DNA of 64,000 nt from an uncultured delta proteobacterium (lineage in GTDB: Bacteria > Desulfobacterota > Zymogenia > Zymogenales > Zymogenaceae). This document shows positions 29,662-39,700 of the stretch, piece after piece; position 1 is the first letter of the stretch, and the number at the start of each line of letters is the position of its first letter. The stretch lies in contig CAVTLK010000001.1 in the NCBI GenBank assembly GCA_963735595.1, positions 896,001-960,000 of the forward strand, written 5' to 3'. The position numbers and the translations under genes are program-made. Below the pieces are notes generated by a model, which saw nothing but the letters and a program-made list of their open reading frames with translations, was not told the DNA's origin and ran no database searches.

Positions 29662-30633
29662 ATGAAACCGGAAGAGTATATCTGGGATTATCGTAATCCC
29701 TATCTCTGGATGGACCGGGTGATTCGCAGCGCCTTTCCGCCGATGATGATTACCTGCGCCATCACCGGCGGTGTCCAGGGAAAGGAGTCAAACGAATTCC
29801 TGCCCGAGTCCGCCGAAGAACAGGCCGACGCCGTCTTCGAGGCCTATAAGGCCGGCGCGGTCTCCGTGCACCTGCACGCCCGTGATCCGAACAACCTGGC
29901 CCTGACCACCAAGAATCCCGAGGACTATTCGAAGATCAACAAGCTCATCCGGGAGCGCTGCCCCGACATCATCATCAACAACACCACCGGCGGCGGACCC
30001 TGGCTCTCGACCGAGGAGCGCATGTGCTGCCTGTTTGCCGACCCAAGCCCGGACATGGCCAGCCTCAACCTCGGCCCCTTCGTCCTCAAGGTCCCCCTCA
30101 AGGACCGCAAGGAGCCGCTGAAGAACCCGCGCGCCGGGTTCATGTTTGACGCCTGTATCCCGGCCAGCTACGCGGACGTCAACCTCTACGCCAAGACGAT
30201 GAAGGAAAAGGGCATCAAGCCCGAGGTGGAGCTCTACCATCCCGGTCAGTACCACGTGCTCCAGGACCTCATCCGGGAAGGCAACATCGAGGGCCCCTAC
30301 ATGATTCAGTACGTCATGGGGTTCCAGACTTCGTCCTACCCGACGCCGGCCAACGTGCTGGGCCTGATCAACGAGCTTCCGCCCAACTCAATGTTCGCGC
30401 TCATCGGCGTCGGGCCGTTCCAGATCCCGATGAACGTCTTTTCGATCTTGCTGGGCGGCCACGTCCGCGTGGGTATGGAAGACAACCTCTACTACCGGAA
30501 GGGCGAAAAACTCAAGAAGAACGCTCAGCTTGTCGAGCGGGTCATTCGTATCGCAAAAGAGATGAACCGGGAAGTGGCCACCGTCGCCCAGGCCCGGGAG
30601 ATGCTGGGGCTCCCCCAGAAACCCAAGAAATAG
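29662..30633 (+). CDS. 3-keto-5-aminohexanoate cleavage enzyme family (BKACE, DUF849)
   Basis: ITCAITG, VHLHARD, NTTGG, PDMASLN, GGHVRVGMEDN. Confidence 0.9.
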   Translation: MKPEEYIWDYRNPYLWMDRVIRSAFPPMMITCAITGGVQGKESNEFLPESAEEQADAVFEAYKAGAVSVHLHARDPNNLALTTKNPEDYSKINKLIRERCPDIIINNTTGGGPWLSTEERMCCLFADPSPDMASLNLGPFVLKVPLKDRKEPLKNPRAGFMFDACIPASYADVNLYAKTMKEKGIKPEVELYHPGQYHVLQDLIREGNIEGPYMIQYVMGFQTSSYPTPANVLGLINELPPNSMFALIGVGPFQIPMNVFSILLGGHVRVGMEDNLYYRKGEKLKKNAQLVERVIRIAKEMNREVATVAQAREMLGLPQKPKK

Positions 30634-30708
30634 CGCATACATCCGGCACCGGAGCCCGGCGTATCGTGCCGGGCTCCGCCGCCGTTCCATCCCTTTCTGG
30701 AGGTTTAC

Positions 30709-31167
30709 ATGGGCGATTGGAAGAGCGAAGTAAAAAACATTATCTACGAAGGGCAGATCAAGGTTCCCTACAAGTGGAACGTGGGGGAAACCGGCAGCCG
30801 CTTCCTGATCGGGCTGAGGGACCAACAGGAGATCTGGGGCGTTCAGTGTCCCCAGTGCAAGAAGGTCTACGTCCCGCCTGTCAAGAACTGCGGCGTCTGC
30901 TTTGTTCCCACCGACCAGTGGGTGAAGGTCGCTAACACCGGAACCGTTGAATCCTTCACCGTGGTCAGTTATTCGCACAGCATGCAGCCGGCAAAGCCGC
31001 CCCTGGTCTACGGGCTCATCAAGCTTGACGGGGCCGACGGATCGCTTCTCCACCTGATCGGCGGCGTCGATCCCGCCAAGGTGGCGATGGGCATGAAGGT
31101 AAAGGCGGTCTTCGCCGACAAGCGGGAAGGCACCATCCTTGACATCAAGCATTTTGCCCCCGTTTGA
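30709..31167 (+). CDS. DUF35 Zn-ribbon/OB-fold protein
   Basis: CPQC..VYVPP..NCGVC; GTVESFTVV; IKLDGAD. Confidence 0.9.
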   Translation: MGDWKSEVKNIIYEGQIKVPYKWNVGETGSRFLIGLRDQQEIWGVQCPQCKKVYVPPVKNCGVCFVPTDQWVKVANTGTVESFTVVSYSHSMQPAKPPLVYGLIKLDGADGSLLHLIGGVDPAKVAMGMKVKAVFADKREGTILDIKHFAPV

Positions 31168-31214
31168 TTTTACCGTGCCGTAATTGGAACGAAAATTCAC
31201 TGAGGTATATTGCC

Positions 31215-32351
31215 ATGGAAAAAATAGGAATCGTCGGGGTCGGCCAGACCACCTATGAACGATCCAAAGAAGCCCCCTATGACGAGCTCGTCTTTGAGGC
31301 GGCGAGCGCGGCGTTAAAGGACGCCGGCGGTGAGATGGGCCATATCGACAACATCATCACCGTCTCCAACGACTTCTGGGACGGCCGCACCATCTCATCG
31401 ATGGGCGTCATGGACGCCGCGGGAAGCTGGGGAAAGGACATCTCCACCGTAGAAGGCGACGGCACCTTCGGAGCCCTCTACGGCATGATGCGTATCCTAT
31501 CCGGGTCCTTCGATACGACGCTCGTCGTCAGTCACATGAAGGGATCGGAAGGAATAATGAACCTGATCACCAACGCGATGTTTGACCCGATTTACCAGAG
31601 AAATCTCGGTATCGACGCCACGTCTTCGGCCGCATTGCAGGCGCGTATTTACATGAAAAAGAGCGGGGCCACCGAGGAGGATTTTGCCCGGGTCTCCGTA
31701 AAAAATCATAAAAACGCCAAGAACAACCCATACGCACAGCTTCCGATGGACATTACCGTCCAGGACGTTCTGAAATCAAAGAAGATAGCCGAACCGCTGA
31801 AACTGCTTGACTGCTCCCCCATTAGCGACGGGGCCGCGGCGGTGGTACTCGCCAACGAAAAGGGCGCCAAGCGCTTCAAGAAATCCCCGGTATGGGTCAA
31901 GGGTACCGCGCACTGCTCGGACGCCTATACCCTTGGATACCGGGACCTCGGCAACGCCCCGGCGCTCGCAGCCGCTTCCGGACGCGCCTATAAGGCGGCC
32001 GGCATCAAAAACCCCCTCAAGGACCTTGACGTGGCCGAGATCTACGACGCCTACTCCTACATGGAGCCGATGTGGTACGAGGGACTCGGCTTGGCCAAAG
32101 AAGGCAACGGAAAAGACCTTATCCGCTCCGGCGCCACGGAAATGGGCGGGGAGCTCCCGGTCAACCCATCGGGCGGCGTCCTTTCCGCGCATCCGGTCCT
32201 CGTGGCCGGCATGGCCCGTCTTATAGAGGCGGTGCTGCAGGTCAGGGGAGAAGCACAGAAGAGACAGGTTAAGGGGGCCAAGGTAGCCCTCGCTCACGGA
32301 ATCAACGGCCCCTGCGGTCAGGCCCATTGTGTCTTCATCGTCGGGTCATAA
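31215..32351 (+). CDS. SCP-x/Ltp4-like thiolase-fold protein
   Basis: CSPISDGAAA, VAEIYD, LPVNPSGG; canonical nucleophilic Cys absent (VEGDG). Confidence 0.85.
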   Translation: MEKIGIVGVGQTTYERSKEAPYDELVFEAASAALKDAGGEMGHIDNIITVSNDFWDGRTISSMGVMDAAGSWGKDISTVEGDGTFGALYGMMRILSGSFDTTLVVSHMKGSEGIMNLITNAMFDPIYQRNLGIDATSSAALQARIYMKKSGATEEDFARVSVKNHKNAKNNPYAQLPMDITVQDVLKSKKIAEPLKLLDCSPISDGAAAVVLANEKGAKRFKKSPVWVKGTAHCSDAYTLGYRDLGNAPALAAASGRAYKAAGIKNPLKDLDVAEIYDAYSYMEPMWYEGLGLAKEGNGKDLIRSGATEMGGELPVNPSGGVLSAHPVLVAGMARLIEAVLQVRGEAQKRQVKGAKVALAHGINGPCGQAHCVFIVGS

Positions 32352-32366
32352 GGAAGGGAGGAAACC

Positions 32367-33560
32367 ATGGGAAAGAAAGTAGCCATCGTCGGTTTCGGCC
32401 AGACGTACCAGCGGAGCTCCCGGAGGGATGTCAACGGCGTGGAGCTCATTAACGAGGCCGTAACCGCCGCCCTTACCGACGCCGGTATCACGATAAAGGA
32501 TATCGACGCCGTAGTGATCGGAAATATGGATCACTTCGAGGGCATCAATTACGTGGACATGTGGAGCGTTGAAGGCGCCGGCGCGGTCATGAAGCCGATC
32601 ATCAAGGTCACCACCGGCGGCACCACCGGCACCACCGTGGCGATGTGCGCATACTACCACGTCGCGTCTGGCATGTTCGATAAGGTCCTTGCCATCGGCT
32701 GGGAGAAAAACTCCGAGTCCGACACGACCGGGGCCATCATCACCGCCTTTCATCCGGTCTGGGAGCGCCCGAACCTGGGCGGCGCGATCGCGGGGCTGGC
32801 GGTGGAAGCCAGTAAGTATATGGAGAATTACGGCGTCACCGAAAGGGATGGGGCGCGCGTCGCGGTTCGCGAGCGGCTCCATGCCCTCAACAACCCCTAT
32901 GCCCATCTCCACCAGGAATGGATGAAGGGGATGGACGTCGATAAAGTCGTCGACCTCCTGGTGACCTCGGAGCAGAACCAGATGCTGGCCTATCCCCTCA
33001 GAATGAGCGATATGTGCCCCCGCACCGACGGCGCGGCGGCCTGCGTATTCGCCTCGGAGGATACGGCCGGGAAACTCGCGCCGATCCCGGCGTGGGTAGC
33101 CGCCACCGCCAACCGTCACGACTTCGTCTACCTGGGCGACCTGAACTGGGATTTCAACACGCCCCTGATAGACGCCAGCAAAAAGGTCTTCGCCAAGGCG
33201 GGTATCAAAGAGCCCCTCAAGGAAATCGACCTCTGCGAGCTCTACATACCCTACTCCTACGGCGGGCTCAAATGGATGGAGAACATGGGCTTTGCCAAGC
33301 CCGGCGAGGGCCCCAGGCTCCTCTGGGACAAGATAACCGATATGGACGGCGAGCTTCCGGTGAATCCTTCCGGCGGCGTCATGAGCTCAAACCCCATCGG
33401 GGCCACCGGCCTTCTCCGCGTTGGGGAAGCCGCCTGGCAGATTATGCGCAAGGCAGGTCCCCGGCAGGTGCAAAAGAACGTGAATTACGCCCTGACCACA
33501 GGCTTCGGAGGCTGCAGCTGGGCAGACGTTATGCTCCTCTCGAGCAAAAAGCCGGCCTAA
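32367..33560 (+). CDS. SCP-x/Ltp3-like thiolase-fold protein
   Basis: D.FEG, KP..KV.TGG..G, WEKNSES, LPVNPSGGVMSSNPIGATG. Confidence 0.85.
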   Translation: MGKKVAIVGFGQTYQRSSRRDVNGVELINEAVTAALTDAGITIKDIDAVVIGNMDHFEGINYVDMWSVEGAGAVMKPIIKVTTGGTTGTTVAMCAYYHVASGMFDKVLAIGWEKNSESDTTGAIITAFHPVWERPNLGGAIAGLAVEASKYMENYGVTERDGARVAVRERLHALNNPYAHLHQEWMKGMDVDKVVDLLVTSEQNQMLAYPLRMSDMCPRTDGAAACVFASEDTAGKLAPIPAWVAATANRHDFVYLGDLNWDFNTPLIDASKKVFAKAGIKEPLKEIDLCELYIPYSYGGLKWMENMGFAKPGEGPRLLWDKITDMDGELPVNPSGGVMSSNPIGATGLLRVGEAAWQIMRKAGPRQVQKNVNYALTTGFGGCSWADVMLLSSKKPA

Positions 33561-33680
33561 GACCGAACGGCAGTCAGGGCCTCGTGCCGTTTCATCCCGA
33601 CGCCCGTTCTCGGGGCGCGGGATCGGCACAGGATGCAAAAGTCGTGATTGTTCTTTGGCGAACATATAAGGAAACCAGAC

Positions 33681-34154
33681 ATGACCGAACAAACGCAAGA
33701 AAAGGAGCTTCTGGCCATATCGTCAGGTGACGCCGCCCAGCCGTTTCGGTGGAGCGTCGGTAAGCACGGGTCGAAATTCCTGGCCGAGCTCAGGGATAAC
33801 AAGAAGCTATTCGGAGTGAAATGCCCGAAGTGCGGACGGGTCTACGCCCCGCCGCGGCTGGTCTGCGGCAGGTGCTGGGTAGCCATGGACGAGATGGTCC
33901 CCTTAAAAGACGAGGGAGAGATCGTCGTGTGCACTATCATCCAGTTCTCCTTTGTCGATCCCAACACCGGCATACAGCGTCCGGTACCCTACGGCTACGC
34001 CTTCATCAAGCTCGACGGTGCGGACACGGCCATCCCCCACTTCCTGGACAGCACCGACCCGGACAAGGTAAAGGTCGGCGCGAGGGTCAAGGCGGTGTTC
34101 GAAGACAAGCGCACCGGAACCCTTATGGACATCAAGCATTTCACCGTGCTGTAG
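33681..34154 (+). CDS. DUF35 Zn-ribbon/OB-fold protein
   Basis: CPKC..VYAPP..VCGRC; IKLDGAD. Confidence 0.9.
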   Translation: MTEQTQEKELLAISSGDAAQPFRWSVGKHGSKFLAELRDNKKLFGVKCPKCGRVYAPPRLVCGRCWVAMDEMVPLKDEGEIVVCTIIQFSFVDPNTGIQRPVPYGYAFIKLDGADTAIPHFLDSTDPDKVKVGARVKAVFEDKRTGTLMDIKHFTVL

Positions 34155-34361
34155 ATCGATTGTGTATCGGCGTCGGTCGGCAACGATCGACGCGGCAGCC
34201 ATCACGGGGGCAGCGAAACGCCGTCAACATGAGACACGTTCCGTTGCCCCCGAAATCCTTTGCCCGGTGTACGGTCGATCCTCCCCGGGCCTATCGGCCG
34301 ATTATCGTCAATTTTTCAATGTCGCTGCAATCATTAACTATTATATTACAGGGGCGGCTCC

Positions 34362-36035
34362 ATGGAAGAACGTATATGGCATCGTTCGTATGTCCCCGGC
34401 ATCCCGAAAGAGATCAACCTGGAAGATATCACCATCCCTGAAATCCTTTCCCGTACCGCGCAGAAATTCCCCAATCGGGTCGCCCTCATATTCCTCGGCA
34501 AGAAGATCACCTATAAGGAGCTCGACCGGCTCGCAAACCGGTTTGCCCACGCGTTGGCGTCGCTGGGGCTTACCGGGGGAGACCGGGTCGCGTTGCTGCT
34601 TCCCAATATACCCCAGGTGGTCATCGCGTACTTCGGGGCATGGCGTGCAGGGCTCGTTCCCGTCCCCATCAATCCGCTCTATACCGATCGGGAGATCGAG
34701 CACCAGCTTACCACGTCGGGGGCAACCGCGATAGTGAGCCTCGACCTGCTGGTGCCCCGGATGCTGGCCCTCAGGGATAAAACCGCCGTAAAGACCGTCA
34801 TTACGGCCCACATCAAGGACTACCTCCCGTTTCCGGCAAAGCAGCTCTTCCCCTTCGTCAAAAAGGGGATGACCGTCGAATATGTGCCGGCCCCGGATTA
34901 TTATGACTTTCCGGACCTGATGAAGGGGCACCCCGACACCCCCGCCGGCCCCCCGCCGAGGCTCGACGATCTTGCCCTCATCCCCTACTCCGGCGGCACC
35001 ACGGGTCTGGCCAAAGGGGTGGCCATCACCCACCGGAACGTCTCGGCCATCACCCAGATCGCCCAGGCGTGGTTTTTCGACATCAAGGAACAACCCGAGA
35101 GCGAGCTTGCGATCTTCCCCTTCTTCCACATGGCCGGTTTTACCGCGGTCATGAACCTCTGCGTCATCAACGGGTGGACCGCCGTCCTCATCCCGCGGCC
35201 CGAGCCCAAGACGATCGTCGACATGCTCCTGAAATACCGATCGACGATCTTCTTGGCCGTTCCGACGATCTACGTGGGCGTGCTGGCCCTGCCCGAATTC
35301 AGCAAGGCCGATCTTACCTTCATCAAGGGATTCTTTTCCGGGGCCGCCCCGCTGCCCATCGATACCATCAACGCGCTGAAGGAGGCCACCGGCGGCGCCG
35401 TCATCGTCGAGGGGTACGGCATGACCGAATCGACAACCTTTATCTCCGTGACCCCCTGGCGCGGCGTGCTCAAGCCCGGCAGCGTCGGCGTTCCGCTTCC
35501 CAACGTCGAAGTCAAGATTGTTGACATCCCGACCGGGACGACGGAGCTTCCGACCGGCCGGGAGGGGGAGATTGTCTTCCGCGGCCCCAACATGTGCCGG
35601 GGATACTACAACATGCCCGAGGAAACAGCCAAGAGTATCAGGGACGGCTGGTTTTATACCGGTGATATCGGCCGGTTCGACGAAGACGGATACCTCTACA
35701 TCGTCGACCGCACAAAAGACATGATCATCGCCGGCGGGTATAACATCTTCCCACGCGAGATTGATGAAGTCCTGTTCGAGCACCCGAAGGTGCTGGAGGC
35801 CTGCACTATCGGTGTTCCCCACGAGTACCGCGGTGAGACGGTTAAATCATACATCGTGACGAAACCCGGCCAGGTACTAACCACGGAAGAACTGGACGCC
35901 TACTGTCGCGACCGCCTCTCCCCCTACAAGGTGCCGCGTATCTACGAATTTGTGGAATCCCTGCCGAAATCGGCCGTTGGAAAGATCCTCAAGCGGGAGC
36001 TCAGAGACATGGAGAAGAATAAGAATCAAAAATAA
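34362..36035 (+). CDS. Long-chain acyl-CoA ligase
   Basis: YSGGTTGLAKG, EGYGMTE, FYTGD, LPKSAVGK. Confidence 0.92.
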   Translation: MEERIWHRSYVPGIPKEINLEDITIPEILSRTAQKFPNRVALIFLGKKITYKELDRLANRFAHALASLGLTGGDRVALLLPNIPQVVIAYFGAWRAGLVPVPINPLYTDREIEHQLTTSGATAIVSLDLLVPRMLALRDKTAVKTVITAHIKDYLPFPAKQLFPFVKKGMTVEYVPAPDYYDFPDLMKGHPDTPAGPPPRLDDLALIPYSGGTTGLAKGVAITHRNVSAITQIAQAWFFDIKEQPESELAIFPFFHMAGFTAVMNLCVINGWTAVLIPRPEPKTIVDMLLKYRSTIFLAVPTIYVGVLALPEFSKADLTFIKGFFSGAAPLPIDTINALKEATGGAVIVEGYGMTESTTFISVTPWRGVLKPGSVGVPLPNVEVKIVDIPTGTTELPTGREGEIVFRGPNMCRGYYNMPEETAKSIRDGWFYTGDIGRFDEDGYLYIVDRTKDMIIAGGYNIFPREIDEVLFEHPKVLEACTIGVPHEYRGETVKSYIVTKPGQVLTTEELDAYCRDRLSPYKVPRIYEFVESLPKSAVGKILKRELRDMEKNKNQK

Positions 36036-36069
36036 ACGCTTTTTATCCACTCTCAATAAGGAACGAGCC

Positions 36070-36522
36070 ATGGAAAAGGTTTTCTTCGAAGACTACCAGG
36101 TCGGCGAGCTTCTCGTCTCGCCGGGGCGCACCATCACCGAGACCGACATTATCCTCTTTGCCGGGCTCACCGGTGATTGGCACCCGATCCACACCAATGT
36201 CGAATATGCAAAAAAGACGATGTTTGGGGAGCGGATCGCCCACGGCATGTTGGGCCTTTCGGTAGGGTCGGCCCTCATCTTCCGGCTGGGGCCCTACGTC
36301 TTCACGCCCAAGAAATTCATCGCATTCTACGGGATAGACAAGATCCGCTTTGTCGGCCCCATAAAGATCGGGGACACGATCCGCTGCGAGGCAAAGGTCG
36401 CGGAGATGAAGGAACGCGACGAAAATATGGGCACGATTGCCTATGAAGCTGCCATAAAAAATCACCGCGATGAAGACTGCATCGTGTTTTCGCCCAAAAT
36501 CCTCGTCGGACGCAAAAAATAG
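36070..36522 (+). CDS. MaoC-like (R)-hydratase
   Basis: FAGLTGDWHPIH....A....FGERIAHG. Confidence 0.9.
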   Translation: MEKVFFEDYQVGELLVSPGRTITETDIILFAGLTGDWHPIHTNVEYAKKTMFGERIAHGMLGLSVGSALIFRLGPYVFTPKKFIAFYGIDKIRFVGPIKIGDTIRCEAKVAEMKERDENMGTIAYEAAIKNHRDEDCIVFSPKILVGRKK

Positions 36523-36531
36523 GAGTTACTC

Positions 36532-37689
36532 ATGGATTTTGAACTGACCTCAGAACAGGTAATGCTCAAGGAGACCGTATCCAAATTCGTGGATCGGGAA
36601 GTTATCCCCAAGGCCCCAGAGATAGATCAGGACGGCACCTTCCCCAAGGAGAATTTTGCCGCGATGGCCGAGTTGGGCCTCTTCGGTATCTCCATTCCCG
36701 CCGAATACGGCGGCATCGGGGCCGACCTCATGTCGAGCCTCCTGGTCATGGAGCAGCTCTCCCGCGGGTGCGCCTCGACCGCCAACACCTACGGGTCCCA
36801 TGCGATCCTGTGCACCGAGAACATCTTCCGCAACGGGAACGAGGCCCAGAGAAAGAAATACCTGCCCGACCTGATCGCCGGCAAAAAGATCGGCTTTATC
36901 GCCATCACCGAGCCGGAGGCCGGCTCCGACGCCATCTCGATGCGCACCCGCGCCGTCAAGAAGGGCGATAAATACATCCTCAACGGCACGAAGATGTTCA
37001 TCACCAACGGCCCGGTTGCCGACGTCGGCGTCGTCTATGCCAAGACCAACCCCGACGCCGGCCCCAAGGGGATATCCGCTTTCATCGTTGAGAAGGACTT
37101 TCCCGGCTTCGCGCGGGGCAAGAGCCTGAAGAAGATGGGAGTTCGCGGCTCGCCAACCGGCGAGCTTGTCTTCGAGGACATGGAGGTCCCTGCGGAAAAC
37201 CTCCTCGGCGAGGAGAACAACGGCATCCGGGTCCTCATGAACGGCCTGGACCGGGAGCGCATCGTCTATTCCATCACGCCCGTGGGCGTCGCACAGGGGG
37301 CGTTTGACGTCGCCTTTAAGTACGCGTCGGAGCGCGTCCAGTTCGGTACGGCCATCATCAACTTCCAGATGATTCAGGAGATGATCGCGGAAATGGCCAC
37401 GGACCTCAACGCTGGCCGCATCGTCTCGTATTGGGCCGCGACCCTGGCCGATCAGGGCAAACGGGTACGTCTGGAGGCCTCCTATGCGAAGCTTCTCGGA
37501 TCACAGGTGGGCATGCGGGTAGTGGATAAGGCCGTTCAGATACTCGGGGGCTACGGCTTCATCAGTGAGTTCCCTGTCGAGCGGATGTATCGGGATATGA
37601 AGGGGATCGAGTTCGGGGCCGGAACGACCCAGATCCAAAAACTCATTATCGTCCGCGAGCTTATGAAGAGCATGGGTTCCGGCGCCTAA
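36532..37689 (+). CDS. Acyl-CoA dehydrogenase (isovaleryl-CoA dehydrogenase-like)
   Basis: ITEPEAGSD, GTKMFITNG, KMGVRGSPT.EL.F, LMNGLDRER, QILGGYG, GAGT. Confidence 0.92.
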   Translation: MDFELTSEQVMLKETVSKFVDREVIPKAPEIDQDGTFPKENFAAMAELGLFGISIPAEYGGIGADLMSSLLVMEQLSRGCASTANTYGSHAILCTENIFRNGNEAQRKKYLPDLIAGKKIGFIAITEPEAGSDAISMRTRAVKKGDKYILNGTKMFITNGPVADVGVVYAKTNPDAGPKGISAFIVEKDFPGFARGKSLKKMGVRGSPTGELVFEDMEVPAENLLGEENNGIRVLMNGLDRERIVYSITPVGVAQGAFDVAFKYASERVQFGTAIINFQMIQEMIAEMATDLNAGRIVSYWAATLADQGKRVRLEASYAKLLGSQVGMRVVDKAVQILGGYGFISEFPVERMYRDMKGIEFGAGTTQIQKLIIVRELMKSMGSGA

Positions 37690-37710
37690 CGACAGACGAG
37701 GTATCTTTCC

Positions 37711-37739
37711 GGGGGGGGACGTATGTCCCCCCCCTTTTT
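37711..37739 (+). terminator. Rho-independent terminator of the acyl-CoA operon
   Basis: gggggggac-gtat-gtccccccc followed by a T-run. Confidence 0.7.
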
Positions 37740-37971
37740 CCGCAGCTTTCCGATAACATCGTACCTCATATCGGACCATTCGTCGGATGCGACGCGCCTC
37801 CCAACGCACCGGTTTTTGTCGTTTGACTTTCCCCATGTGCCCGTGATATAAAAAACCGTCGGTTTGCTCTCTGCCGCGCCGTGTTCTTCGGGACGCGGCA
37901 CGTTTCAGGTATGCGAACGTCCGACCGCGCGCCGGGATCGATTCCCGGGGCCGACCGTGAGGGATAATCGT

Positions 37972-38500
37972 ATGGGCTATCTCTATTTAGCCGGTGGCGT
38001 CGTCCTCTTTATCCTCGGGGTAGTCGGCGTCCTCAAGACCGGGGACTTCAAACCGTCCTTTTATATATACGCATTTCTCGGTCTCTCCCTGACGGTCTGG
38101 GGAATCACAACCCTCAGGAAGGCCCGCCGCAAAGAAATCAAGGATCAGACACGCACCAGAGTCAATCGAATGGCGACTTCGCGCGCCGTCTCCACGAAGA
38201 AATGCCCGTCCTGCGGGGGAGATATTGAGGCAGCCCTGAAACGCTGCCCCCATCTGCGACCACCGGTTTCCGGTGATTTGTACTCTGACCGTCTTTACCC
38301 CCTTCGACGTGGCCAAACGCGAGGCACTGATTAAGTACCTGATGACCCGGATGAATCGGCCCTACGAGGAGATATCGATCCAGCTGGAAAAGGGCATGGT
38401 CTTCAGGTATTCCAGCAAGGAAGACTCCGTTAAGAACAAGGCAAGCTTCGAAACCCTCGGATGCCGGGTTAAGGAGGGGGAAATCCTCTCCAACACATAG
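37972..38500 (+). CDS. Membrane protein with zinc ribbon, frameshift near 38250
   Basis: Two TM helices, CPSC...CPH(C), continuation in ORF 38273..38500. Confidence 0.6.
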
Positions 38501-38626
38501 CCCTTCGGTCCGGCCGTAGCGAGCCTGTTAACCCCGCTCTCACGGCCGGGTGGAGGCGCCGGTTGTTCCCGCGCAAGGCAGCCCGGTCGATCCGGCGCGT
38601 ACGGTCAATTCTGAGAGGAGATCTAC

Positions 38627-39568
38627 ATGAAAGCCGGTAGCGTAAAAAAGGCGCTGGTCGTCGGCGCCGGCGTTATGGGTCATTCCATCGCCCAGGTCTT
38701 TGCGACGGCCGGCATCGAGGTAAACCTCGTCGACCTGGCCGAAACGAGCCTCGATCGGGCGATGAGGCTGGTTGCCAATAATCTCAGGACGCTCGGGGAT
38801 TACGGCCGTATCGATCCCTCCTCGATTCCGGCGATACGCGCCCGCATCCATCCCTCAACGGATTTGCCCGGCTCCGCCCGAAACGTTGATTTTGCCATCG
38901 AGGCGGTATTTGAGGCACCCGAAGCCAAAAAGAAGGTCTTCGCGGACATGGAGAGATTTACTCCGCCGCACACGGTCCTTGCCAGCAATACGTCGGGCCT
39001 TGAGATTTTTGATATTATCGAGCCCGCGGACCCATCCCGGATCGTGGTCGCCCACTGGTGTTCTCCCGCCCACATCATCCCCCTGGTTGAGGTCGTCCCG
39101 GGACCCCGCACGGCCCCCGAGGTCGTCACGTTTACCGCCGCACTTATGGAGCGGCTCGGCAAGCGGCCCGTGGTGATGCGCCAATTCGTTCGATCGTTTA
39201 TTCTCAATCGAATCCAGGGTTACATCTTCATGGGCGCCATGGAAATGCTCGATAAGGGATGGGCAACACCCGACGAGATCGACTACGCTATCAAGATGAG
39301 CCTCGGGGTGCGCCTGCCGATCCAGGGGATCGTCCAGACCTACGACTTCACGGGACTCGATATCGTTAATGATATGATCAAGAGCTACGGGATGAACTAT
39401 CCGATGATAGGCGACAGGGCCGCCGCCGGTGACCTCGGCGTCAAAACCGGAAGGGGCCTCTTTGACTATCAGGGGCGAAGCGAGGAAGAGATACTCCGAA
39501 AACGGGACGAGCTCTGCCTGAAGATGTGTGACTTCGTGGAAGGCCTCAACGGGTTCAAACCGGTATAG
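38627..39568 (+). CDS. 3-hydroxyacyl-CoA dehydrogenase family, copy 1
   Basis: GAGVMG, EAVFE...K, LASNTS, HW..P.HIIPLVE. Confidence 0.9.
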   Translation: MKAGSVKKALVVGAGVMGHSIAQVFATAGIEVNLVDLAETSLDRAMRLVANNLRTLGDYGRIDPSSIPAIRARIHPSTDLPGSARNVDFAIEAVFEAPEAKKKVFADMERFTPPHTVLASNTSGLEIFDIIEPADPSRIVVAHWCSPAHIIPLVEVVPGPRTAPEVVTFTAALMERLGKRPVVMRQFVRSFILNRIQGYIFMGAMEMLDKGWATPDEIDYAIKMSLGVRLPIQGIVQTYDFTGLDIVNDMIKSYGMNYPMIGDRAAAGDLGVKTGRGLFDYQGRSEEEILRKRDELCLKMCDFVEGLNGFKPV

Positions 39569-39700
39569 GCCGCCGAGCACAGCGTCGCGACATGCTCCGA
39601 ATAACTTCACCGGACTTCGCCGGCCCTCGGCGCTTGCGACGCCCCCCCGAGAAGGCCGCGCTACAGATCGCATACACCCCTCTCTGAGAAAGGAGAAATC

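Noticed and set aside
27750..35822. Long antisense ORFs such as 27750..29501, 34341..35822, 16397..17788 and 38855..40147
   Set aside because: Shadow frames of GC-rich genes with clear family motifs on the opposite strand
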